From positions 1 through 26,921 of the forward strand of contig JBMSXH010000001.1 of the NCBI GenBank assembly GCA_049425445.1: DNA of 26,921 nt, written 5' to 3'. Below are positions 15,311 through 23,433 of the stretch, piece by piece (position 1 is the first letter of the stretch; each line of letters begins with the position of its first letter). Under the pieces are notes generated by a model. That model was given only the letters and a program-made list of their open reading frames with translations. It was not told the origin of the DNA and ran no database searches. A program made the translations under genes and the position numbers. Source of the DNA: Phycisphaerales bacterium (GTDB lineage: Bacteria > Planctomycetota > Phycisphaerae > Phycisphaerales > SM1A02).

Positions 15311-17101
15311 TCAGTTGGAGGCGGCGGGCTTCGATCCGCTCGCACTCTCGGTCGCGACGCTCGAACCGCCGGGACGCCCGGTCGGAGCGCCCGGCTGACC
15401 GGTCGCGGCGTCGGGGCGGGTGCGACGAACCCCCGCGGGAGGACCGCCCGCGCCGGGAGCGCCGCTGCGAGCCGACGCGCCGCGAGGTCGGCCCATGCCT
15501 TCGCCGGCTTCGGGAGCCTTGCGGGCGGCCTCGAAGACCTCGCTTGGAATGCGGACGGCGATCTCGTCGGGATTCGGGCGGCGAGTGAGGACGCGATCGC
15601 CCGCCTCGACGCCCTTCTTCACCTCGACCTGAAGTTCGCCCGAACGACCGAGCGTCACCTGTCGCTGCTCGATGCCCGCGTCGCCCGCCACGTGCACATA
15701 GGCGATGGGACCCTCGCGGAAGACCGACTGGATCGGCACCCACGGCTGGTCCTCGACGCGGTCGAGCATGATCTCGCCGCGGCAGCGCATGGCCGGCTTG
15801 AGTCCCAGCGCCGTGTCCGCCTCGATGAGCACCCGCACGGTGTAGTCGCGGCGATTCGGATCGCGCCATCCGCCGCTCTCGGCGAGCACGCTCACCGACT
15901 GCACGGTGCCTCGAAGCGGAATGTTGGGAAGCGAGTCGGAGAACACCGTCACCGGCTGCTCGGACTGGATGCGTCCGCTCAGCGCCTCGCTCACCTTGAG
16001 CAGGGCGATCATCTCGCTCGTGTCGGGAAGGATCGCGACGAGTTCGTTGGGACGAAGTTCGGTGCCGACCGAGGGGGGCGGGGTCTCGCCGCCGCCGCCG
16101 CGTCGACCCTCCTGGATCGAACTCGCGTAGACGAGAAGTCCGCCGATCGGGGCGACGATCGTGCACTGGTCGAGTTGGCGCTGCAGGTCGGCGAGCCGGT
16201 CCTTGGCGGTCTGGAGCGAGAAGCGCCGGCTGTCGACGTCGGCCTGGATGCGGATCAGCTCGGCGTCGTTTCGCTGCTCGACCCGAACCCGTTCGGCCTG
16301 CGCCTGTTCGACGTCGGAGCGGTTCTTCGCCTCCTCCTGTCGGATCTGGAAGTTCTCGTAGAGGAACTTCTCGAGCTCGACCTTTCGAACCGCCGCGTCG
16401 CCCTCGATCATCTGAATGCGGTCCTGCTCGTACTGGTCTCGGCTGAGGAACTCCTGCTCGACGAGCCGCTCGGCCTCCTCGAACTTGCGGCGCAGCCGGG
16501 CGGCGTTGATCTCGGCGGTCTTGAGGGCGATCGCGAGATCCTCGCGCTTCTTGACGACCTCGCCCTCCTCCCACGCCTTCAGGGCGAGGGTGGCCAACTC
16601 GATGGCGAGGTCGGCCTTCTCGAGCTCGCTCTCGCGGGAGCTCCGCTTGATCTCGAGATTCTGCTCCGCGGCGATGAGATCGCTCTGGGCGTTCTTGACC
16701 TTGTCCTCGGCGTCGAGGATCCGCTGCTTGATGTCCTCGTCGGCGAGCCGAACGAGGACGTCGCCGGCCTGCACCTGCGTGCCCTCGTCGACGATCTCGG
16801 TGATCACCGCGCGGCTCTCGAGCTTGTTGCGGATCTCGACCTGCCGAACCGCCGCGAGTTCTCCGCTCACGGGAATGACGATGTTGAAGCTGCCGACTTC
16901 GACCTGATGGAGATCCTTGCCGACGCCGGCCGTCGCGACGACGGGCGTCATCACGAGCGACAGCACCCACGCGGTCCCGCCGACGAGGCCCACGCCCGCG
17001 ATCGCCTTGACCCAAGGGAAGCCGGCCTTGCGAGCGGCGGAACGGGCGGGCGGAGCGGCGGGGGCGACGACGGCGGAGGGGGTGGTCGGGGCGGCGGTCA
17101 T
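15311..17101 (-). CDS. Efflux periplasmic adaptor / membrane fusion protein (HlyD/MacA-like), 596 aa
   Basis: N-terminal TM anchor; lipoyl half-motifs (IVDEGTQVQAGDVLVRL, CTIVAPIGGLLVY); long coiled-coil hairpin; beta-barrel and membrane-proximal motifs (VPIQSV, VTLGRS, GVEAGDRV). AGGA SD upstream. Confidence 0.92.
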   Translation of the reverse strand: MTAAPTTPSAVVAPAAPPARSAARKAGFPWVKAIAGVGLVGGTAWVLSLVMTPVVATAGVGKDLHQVEVGSFNIVIPVSGELAAVRQVEIRNKLESRAVITEIVDEGTQVQAGDVLVRLADEDIKQRILDAEDKVKNAQSDLIAAEQNLEIKRSSRESELEKADLAIELATLALKAWEEGEVVKKREDLAIALKTAEINAARLRRKFEEAERLVEQEFLSRDQYEQDRIQMIEGDAAVRKVELEKFLYENFQIRQEEAKNRSDVEQAQAERVRVEQRNDAELIRIQADVDSRRFSLQTAKDRLADLQRQLDQCTIVAPIGGLLVYASSIQEGRRGGGGETPPPSVGTELRPNELVAILPDTSEMIALLKVSEALSGRIQSEQPVTVFSDSLPNIPLRGTVQSVSVLAESGGWRDPNRRDYTVRVLIEADTALGLKPAMRCRGEIMLDRVEDQPWVPIQSVFREGPIAYVHVAGDAGIEQRQVTLGRSGELQVEVKKGVEAGDRVLTRRPNPDEIAVRIPSEVFEAARKAPEAGEGMGRPRGASARSGAPGAGGPPAGVRRTRPDAATGQPGAPTGRPGGSSVATESASGSKPAASN

Positions 17102-17234
17102 CTGGGTCCTGACGGGGTCGGGGGCGTGGATCCGTGGGCCGGATCCATCAAGTCACGGTAGGAACCTTCGACCGCGCGGGCCGCAGGAGTCGCGAAAGGC
17201 GTGCAGGAAGTCGAGGAGCGGGGCGAAGTCGCGT

Positions 17235-19205
17235 TTACCGGCGATCGTCGCCAGCGGTTGCCGGCGGCACCGTCACCGGCTCGACGGCGGGGGCCGACGG
17301 ATCGGGCACCGGAAGGGTCTCGGTCTGGACCGGGAAGTTCCCGTCGACGCCTTCTGCATTGGGGAACGGCTGCTCCCCGGTCTCCGGGGTCATGCCTCCG
17401 AGGTCCGGGGCCGGCCCGGGCAGATCCTCCGGCAGGGTGCCGATGACCTCGGCGCCGTCGAGTCCGGCGACCGGGAGGAAGAGGCCGTCCGGAGAGACTC
17501 GGAACTGCCCGGTGGTGAGCAGGAAGTCGAGGATCGAGATCTGCAGGTCGACCTGAGCGCGATCCCGCTGGTCCTCGGCCTGCCGGCGCTGGTCGAGCGC
17601 TTCGGTCCTGTCGCGGGCGCTGGCCCGATCGGGGGCGGCCGCGATCGAGGCTTCGCGGTTCATCGCGATCGCCACGTTCTGCTCCTGGAGCAGAAGGCTG
17701 AAGCGGCTCAACTCGATCGCGCGAAGCGAACTCCGCACCTCGACCGCCGCATCGTCGCGGGCGAGCCGGTCGTCTCGGATCTCCTGCTCGTAGCGGATCT
17801 GCGACTGCCGAAGCTGTGCGCGTTCGATGGTGCGGTCGAGCGCCCAGCCGAAGGATGCTCCCGCGCGATAGATCCCGTCGTCCGGACGCAGGTTCAGGCC
17901 CGCGTCGGTGCCGAAGCGGTCGACGGTGGGGATCACCCCCGCGAGCGTCACGTCGAGATCGGGCAGCACCTGATTCGACGCGACATCCACCCGGCGGCGA
18001 GCATCCTCGACCCGGTCGGCGATCGTCTGGAGGTCGAGCCGGTACTGCATCGCGAGCTGGACCGCCTCGGAAGCGGTCACGGCGGGCATCGGCAGGTCGA
18101 GTTCGACCGGCACGATGACCACCGGGGTGGTCGGATCCATGCCGATCCTGACCTTGTAGTTGTCGACCGCGACGCGATACCGCTCCTCGAGACCGGCGAG
18201 CCGGTTCACGGCGAAGAGGGTGTTCTGCTTGGCGAGGTCCGCCTCGAAGGGGGGCTGCCTGCCGGCCTTGACCAGCGCGTCCTCGCGCTGATCGACCTGA
18301 CGCGAACTGGCGACCTGGCGCCGGGCGTTGGCGATCTCCTGCTGCTGCAGGACCAGATCGAGGTAGCCGCGAATGAGGGAGAAGCAGAAGTCGCGACGGA
18401 ACTCCTCGAAGGTTCGCGCGGCGTAGATCAGGTCGCGGCTTCGCTGGATGAGATCCTCGCGGGCGGCGATGCCGGCGCCGCGGAGAAAGGGGATCTCCGC
18501 CTGCAGGATGAGGTCGGCCGACTGGGCGGTGCCCTCCTGGGTGAAGAAGCCGTCGACCTGCCGGGTGACGTCGACGACGAGCCGCGCCGAGACCTCGCCG
18601 CCGTACGGGAGGCGCTGGGTGATGCCGAGGTCGTTCGAGATCTGGAGGGTCCGGCCGAATCGGCCGTCGTTGCCCAATGCGGCGAACTCGGCGCTGGTCA
18701 CGTTGAACGGGCGTGGCTGCCAGCGGTGCTGCTCGATGATGAGCGAGAGCGCCACGATGATGTAGGTCTCCTCGGCATTGAGATATTCGACCGCGTTGTC
18801 GATCGCGAATCGAATCGCGCCGCGAAGGTCCAGTTCGAGCGCATCGACCGGCGGCATGCCCTCGGCCTGGATTCGGGCGGCCGCGGCCTCGAGGGTCTCG
18901 TCGCGGGGTGGCTGCGGGGTGAAGCGAAGTTGAGACGCCGAGGGATTGCGGGTGGCGGGTCGATAGCGCTCGGGGTAGTCCGGCGCCATCGGATCGCCTT
19001 CATAGAGCGCGTCGGTGCGAAGGCGTGGTGCGGTGGTGCCGCCCGAGACGTCGTCCGCGGCCGAGAGCAGCGTCGCCTCGGTCCGACGATCGATCGTGCG
19101 CATGGGACTGTCGCAGGCGGCAAGCCCAAGAAGGCCCGAGCCTGCCAGCAGGCACAAGACGCACCGCAGTCGGCCGGCGATCGATGTTCTCGGAGCGATC
19201 GTCAC
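17235..19205 (-). CDS. TolC-family outer-membrane efflux protein, predicted lipoprotein, about 656 aa
   Basis: Lipobox LAAC (Cys31 from GTG 19205); LELDLRGAIRFAIDN, ITQRLPYGG, PFLRGAG, AVQLAMQYRLDLQ, NQVLPDLDV. It is only the C-terminal part of the 17235..21542 ORF. Confidence 0.9.
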   Translation of the reverse strand: MTIAPRTSIAGRLRCVLCLLAGSGLLGLAACDSPMRTIDRRTEATLLSAADDVSGGTTAPRLRTDALYEGDPMAPDYPERYRPATRNPSASQLRFTPQPPRDETLEAAAARIQAEGMPPVDALELDLRGAIRFAIDNAVEYLNAEETYIIVALSLIIEQHRWQPRPFNVTSAEFAALGNDGRFGRTLQISNDLGITQRLPYGGEVSARLVVDVTRQVDGFFTQEGTAQSADLILQAEIPFLRGAGIAAREDLIQRSRDLIYAARTFEEFRRDFCFSLIRGYLDLVLQQQEIANARRQVASSRQVDQREDALVKAGRQPPFEADLAKQNTLFAVNRLAGLEERYRVAVDNYKVRIGMDPTTPVVIVPVELDLPMPAVTASEAVQLAMQYRLDLQTIADRVEDARRRVDVASNQVLPDLDVTLAGVIPTVDRFGTDAGLNLRPDDGIYRAGASFGWALDRTIERAQLRQSQIRYEQEIRDDRLARDDAAVEVRSSLRAIELSRFSLLLQEQNVAIAMNREASIAAAPDRASARDRTEALDQRRQAEDQRDRAQVDLQISILDFLLTTGQFRVSPDGLFLPVAGLDGAEVIGTLPEDLPGPAPDLGGMTPETGEQPFPNAEGVDGNFPVQTETLPVPDPSAPAVEPVTVPPATAGDDRR

Positions 19206-19373
19206 GAGTTCGTTGCTTCCGATCGAGGGGAACCGGCGAAAGGCGAGGTGGTTTCCCTGGGAAGTCCAACTCGGACATCGCGGAGGGGACCGCCGGACCT
19301 TTGCCCGGTTGAGTGGATTCTGCCACCATAACGGGTCCGATTCACCGCAGTCGCGGAACCGAGAATCGTTCGC

Positions 19374-22175
19374 ATGCCCAGCGTGACCTTCGATGGACAG
19401 AGTTTCTTCGTGAAGGGGCGGCGAGCCTGGCTCGTCGGTGCCGGGCTGGAGTACGCGCTGCTCGAGCCGGACTCCTGGGGCGAGCGCCTCGATCAACTTC
19501 GGCGTTCCGGGGCGAACACCGTGATCGCTTCGACCCCGTGGTGCGTGCACGAGCCGAGACCGGGGCGGTTCCGCTTCGAGGACGAGGCGGACTTGGCGCG
19601 GTTCCTCGATCTCTGCGCGGAGCGGCAGTTGTGGGTGGTGCTGCGGGTCGGTCCGGCGGTCGGCGAACCGTTCGATGGATCGGGCATTCCCTCCTGGGTG
19701 CTCGACTCGGGCCCGGCGAGACTTCGCGAGTTCGATCCGGTGTTCCTCGAGCGGACATCCGCGATCTATCGGCAGGTCCTCGCCAAGGTCTCGGGCCGCC
19801 AGGCCACCGACACCGTCGCGGCGGGGCGTCGCCAGGTGGGTCCGGTGGTCGCGGTTCAGATCGAGCATCGCTGGTTCTGCGCGAACGACGAGCAGGCGGA
19901 TCGGTACCTCGCCGAACTGGTCCGGTTCGCCCGGGAGTGCGGGGTGAACGTGCCGCTGCTCACCGCCAACGGCATGTGGCAGCCGATCGAGGGGGCGATC
20001 GATTGCTGGGAGGGCTGCGACTCGATGCTCGCGAACCTCCGGCAGCTCCGTGAACTTCAGGAGCAGCGGCCGCGAGTGGCGTTCATCCGCGACCCGCGGG
20101 CGGTCTCGGTCTGGGGCGGCGATCCAAGGCAAGAGGCCGCGGCGCTCGCGGATCTTCCACGTCATGTCGCGGCGACGCTCGCCGCGGGGGCGATGCCACT
20201 GGTCTGCGACGCGGTTGGCGGCACGCATCGAGAGCGGACGTCGGGTCGGCAGTCGCCTTCGGAGGGCGTCGCGGGAGGCTTCATCGCCACCGTCGAGCCG
20301 CGCGGCGTGCTGGTCGACGCGTTCGGCGCGTTCCGTCCAGAGTCGGCGGCGCTCCGTCGACTGATGCTCTTCGCCTCGAGCTTCGGCCATGTCTTTGCGG
20401 ATGCCGAGGCCGATCGCCAGCCCATCGCGGTGGATCCCGATCCGGCTCCGGTGGGTCGAGCAGGTCGCAAGGACGGCACGCCCGCGTCGGTGGTGGGTGT
20501 GCGGGGCCCGGGCGGTCAGGTCGTCTTCGCGTTCGCGGCCGATGCCAAGGATCGCCGCATGAACCTGGTGCTCGAGGATGGCCGGACGCTTCCGGTCGAT
20601 CTCGGGGAGTCCGAGTTCGCCTGGTTCGCCAAGGACATCGACCTGCGGGGCCAAGGACGCCTCGACTACGCGACGCTGCCGGTGCTCTGCATGCTTCGCC
20701 GCAAGATGCTGGTCTTCTTCGGGCCCTCCGGTGCGGAGGGCACGATCTCGATCGGCGGTGCGGCGCTCGACGTGAAGGTCCCGACGAACTCGCAGCCGCC
20801 GCTGGTCGCCGAGCATCGGGGACTGGTGGTGGTCGTGCTCAACGAAGCGCAGTCCCTCGCCACGGTCGCCGACGGCGGCACCTTGCGGGTCGGGGTGGAA
20901 AGTCGGCTCGAGGACGGATCGTTCCGCCCGGCGAAGGGCTTCAAGGAGACCTTCTCGATCGAACTCGACGGCTCGGTCGCGAAGGAGCGGGTCGCGGGCC
21001 AAAGCGCCCGCGCGGGCTCGGTGCGATGGGGCTCGTGGGAGCGCTGGAGCGATCCGTCGCTCTGCGAGGGAAGCAGTCCCCGCTTCGCGACCATCGATGG
21101 CCCCGCGTCGCTTCGGAGTTGCGGCGTCGGCGCGGGGTACGGTTGGTACCGGCTCCGCTTCCGGCAGCCCAAGGCCGCCAAGGTCCGGCTCGATCTGCCG
21201 CAGGCGGGAGACCGACTCAGGGTCCATCTCGATGGTTCGCTTGTCGGCGTCTTCGGCGAAGGCCCCGGTGCGGTGCCGCTGCCGATCGACATCAAGGTCT
21301 CGGCGGGCGAGCATCGGCTCGTCGTGCTGGCCGAGCATCTGGGCCGCGGCGCCGACGGCTTCGCGCCGGAGCGCCGGTCGGGCATGTGGAGACCAGCGGT
21401 CGAGACCGCGCCCGTGAAGGGCGTGAAGGTCTCCTTCGGCGCAATTCCGCCGGTCGACCCGTTCCCGCTGCGAGGCTTCCTGCCCGGCATCGTGCGGGGC
21501 GTGCCGGCTCCCGAGGAGGGCGTGCGGATCGAGTGGGCGCATCGCCGCAAGACGCGCCTGCTGCTCGATCTCGGCGCCTGGCCGAGCCCGTCGACGGTCT
21601 TCCTGAACGGGGCCCTGTTCGCACGGGTCGACGGAGACGCGTCACGACGCACCGTTCTCGAGTTGCCGAACTCGGCCGAGGTGTCGACGAAGACCGGTGG
21701 CAACGAGGTGCTGGTCGTTCCCGACGAGGAGCATCCGCTCGCCGATCGCGGAGTGCTGAAGAAGATCCGAATCGAGGAGGTCGTTCGCGAACTCGGCGGG
21801 GAAGACTCGTGGGCCTTTGCTCGATGGCTCTCCGCCGCCGACGCCGCCGATCAGCCCGGCTGGATCGCCGCCGGCGACGACCGCGGGTCCGGTGTCGCCT
21901 TGCCGACTTGGTTCCGATGCGGATTCACCACGTCCGAGAAGTCGCTTGGGCCGAGCGGTCTGATGCTCGACCTGAGTTCGATGGGCAAGGGCGAGGCCTT
22001 CCTCGATGGCAGGCTTCTTGGTCGCTACTTCGCCCGAACTCCGGACGGGAAGGCGTGCGGCCCAACCCAGCTTCCGGTGCCTCGCGCCATGATTCGACCG
22101 GGTGAGCGACAGGTCCTCGCCCTCTTCGATGAGGATGGACGTCCGCCGGTCGGGATCCGGTTGGTCGCGGGCTGA
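19374..22175 (+). CDS. Glycoside hydrolase family 35 (beta-galactosidase) fold protein, probably catalytically inactive, 933 aa
   Basis: N-terminus follows GH35 (W..RL..LR.SG.NTV....PW..HEP.PG.F.F...DL.RFL......L.V.LR.GP); C-terminal galactose-binding-like domains (YGWYR, DLSSMGKGEAFLDGRLLGRY). No signal peptide. Catalytic Glu positions altered. Confidence 0.85.
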   Translation: MPSVTFDGQSFFVKGRRAWLVGAGLEYALLEPDSWGERLDQLRRSGANTVIASTPWCVHEPRPGRFRFEDEADLARFLDLCAERQLWVVLRVGPAVGEPFDGSGIPSWVLDSGPARLREFDPVFLERTSAIYRQVLAKVSGRQATDTVAAGRRQVGPVVAVQIEHRWFCANDEQADRYLAELVRFARECGVNVPLLTANGMWQPIEGAIDCWEGCDSMLANLRQLRELQEQRPRVAFIRDPRAVSVWGGDPRQEAAALADLPRHVAATLAAGAMPLVCDAVGGTHRERTSGRQSPSEGVAGGFIATVEPRGVLVDAFGAFRPESAALRRLMLFASSFGHVFADAEADRQPIAVDPDPAPVGRAGRKDGTPASVVGVRGPGGQVVFAFAADAKDRRMNLVLEDGRTLPVDLGESEFAWFAKDIDLRGQGRLDYATLPVLCMLRRKMLVFFGPSGAEGTISIGGAALDVKVPTNSQPPLVAEHRGLVVVVLNEAQSLATVADGGTLRVGVESRLEDGSFRPAKGFKETFSIELDGSVAKERVAGQSARAGSVRWGSWERWSDPSLCEGSSPRFATIDGPASLRSCGVGAGYGWYRLRFRQPKAAKVRLDLPQAGDRLRVHLDGSLVGVFGEGPGAVPLPIDIKVSAGEHRLVVLAEHLGRGADGFAPERRSGMWRPAVETAPVKGVKVSFGAIPPVDPFPLRGFLPGIVRGVPAPEEGVRIEWAHRRKTRLLLDLGAWPSPSTVFLNGALFARVDGDASRRTVLELPNSAEVSTKTGGNEVLVVPDEEHPLADRGVLKKIRIEEVVRELGGEDSWAFARWLSAADAADQPGWIAAGDDRGSGVALPTWFRCGFTTSEKSLGPSGLMLDLSSMGKGEAFLDGRLLGRYFARTPDGKACGPTQLPVPRAMIRPGERQVLALFDEDGRPPVGIRLVAG

Positions 22176-22198
22176 GCGGGGCCGGAGAAACCTCGTGG

Positions 22199-22240
22199 TC
22201 GTGGATGGGTTGGATGCGTCCGCGCAACCCGTTTCCACGA
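22199..22240 (+). terminator. Intergenic hairpin after the GH35-like gene, possible terminator without U-tract
   Basis: TCGTGGA (22199-22205) pairs with TCCACGA (22234-22240), and GGGTTG (22207-22212) pairs with CAACCC (22225-22230); no poly-T follows. Confidence 0.35.
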
Positions 22241-22470
22241 AGGCTTCGGCTCGCCGCCACGCTTCGCTACCATCGAAATTTCCGCCGTGGTTCCATCGAA
22301 CCCGCCTCGATCCGTCGTGGATCCGGATGGATCCAGAGGAGATCGCGGGACGGGCAGCCGGCAGGGCGGACCGGCATCTGGTTCGGATTCACGCTCCGGC
22401 GGCGAGGCCGGCCCCGGGCCTCACCTCCCGTTCGATTCGCGACCTCCACTCCGCTCGCCTCCGACTCGAC

Positions 22471-23358
22471 ATGACCGAAGCCCCGAACGCCATCCTTCGT
22501 GAACGCTCCGCAGAGGGAATCGAGACCCTCTGGCTTCCGCCGTCGCCGACCAAGCCCCGCGGCGGGGTGGTGGTCCTCGATCGATGGCTTGTGGGCGAAC
22601 TCGATCGTGCGCTCGAGGCGGTGGCCGCGGATCCTCCGAAGGGTCTCGTGCTGGCGAGCGCGAGCGAACGGGTCTTCGTGGCCGGCGCAGACCTGGCGGA
22701 GATCGACGGCCTCGACGACGCGGCGCTCGCGTCCTATCTGTCGGACGGCGCCGCGTGCTTCGCGCGACTGCTCGCGCTGCCGTGCCCGACGATCGCCCTG
22801 ATCCACGGCGCCGCCCTCGGTGGCGGGCTCGAACTGGCCCTTCACTGCGACGGCCTTGGCTTCCTCGCGACGGCCGAAGGCGCGAAGCCGTACCTGGTGG
22901 GACTTCCCGAAGCCTCGCTGGGCATCTGCCCGGGCTGGGGCGGGACGCAGACGCTTCCGGCGAGGATCGATCCGGCGTTGGCGATCGCGCGGACCGCGAC
23001 CGGCACGCCGTGGAAGAGCATCGAACTGCCGACGGGGCTTGCCGACATCACGGCGCCGAGTCGCGACGAACTGCACGGCATCGCCGCACTTTGGCTTGCG
23101 AACCACCCCGATGCGGCCTCGCAACGTCCCCGCGCGATCGGTCCGACGATGCGGGATGCGATCGAGGACGCGATCGCCTCGGCGGGCCTCGGTTCGCCGG
23201 AGCCGCTCACCCCACCCGCCGCGGTCGTGTCCGCGGTGCGGGCGGGCCTTGCCGACGGGTTCGAGGCGGGCATCCGCGAGGAGCAGGCTCGCCTGATCGA
23301 GTTGAGAGGAACCGAAGCGACCCGCACGAAGATCGGGGCGTTTCTTTCGAAGAGCTGA
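22471..23358 (+). CDS. Enoyl-CoA hydratase/isomerase (crotonase) family protein, about 295 aa
   Basis: VFVAGADL, IHGAALGGGLELALHCD, VGLPEASLGICPGWGGTQ; both catalytic Glu present. An in-frame alternative ATG lies at 22327. Confidence 0.92.
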   Translation: MTEAPNAILRERSAEGIETLWLPPSPTKPRGGVVVLDRWLVGELDRALEAVAADPPKGLVLASASERVFVAGADLAEIDGLDDAALASYLSDGAACFARLLALPCPTIALIHGAALGGGLELALHCDGLGFLATAEGAKPYLVGLPEASLGICPGWGGTQTLPARIDPALAIARTATGTPWKSIELPTGLADITAPSRDELHGIAALWLANHPDAASQRPRAIGPTMRDAIEDAIASAGLGSPEPLTPPAAVVSAVRAGLADGFEAGIREEQARLIELRGTEATRTKIGAFLSKS

Positions 23359-23433
23359 TTCGACGAATCGAGGTCTCCCATCGCGGCTCGCGATGAGAGG
23401 CTCGAGATCGTCCGCAGAAGCACGGAGCCATCC

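Noticed and set aside
19225-19262. GAAA-containing hairpin as a c-di-GMP riboswitch
   Set aside because: Lacks the GCAAA and GGGACGCAAAG elements of class I and does not fit class II.
19206-21542. 1435-aa ORF 17235..21542 as a giant TolC fusion
   Set aside because: The part upstream of 19205 is the antisense shadow of the GH35-like gene; TolC has its own signal peptide and lipobox at 19205.
22331-22380. ATCCAGAG...GGGAC...CCGGCA resembling a SAM-I riboswitch
   Set aside because: The GCAACC core and P1 pairing are missing, and the downstream genes are unrelated to SAM or methionine; an Rfam scan would settle it.
23374-23398. Intercistronic hairpin CATCGCG-GCT-CGCGATG between the crotonase and acyl-CoA dehydrogenase genes
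   Set aside because: Real 7-bp stem but no U-tract and no second copy; at most an mRNA-stability element, not supportable as a feature.
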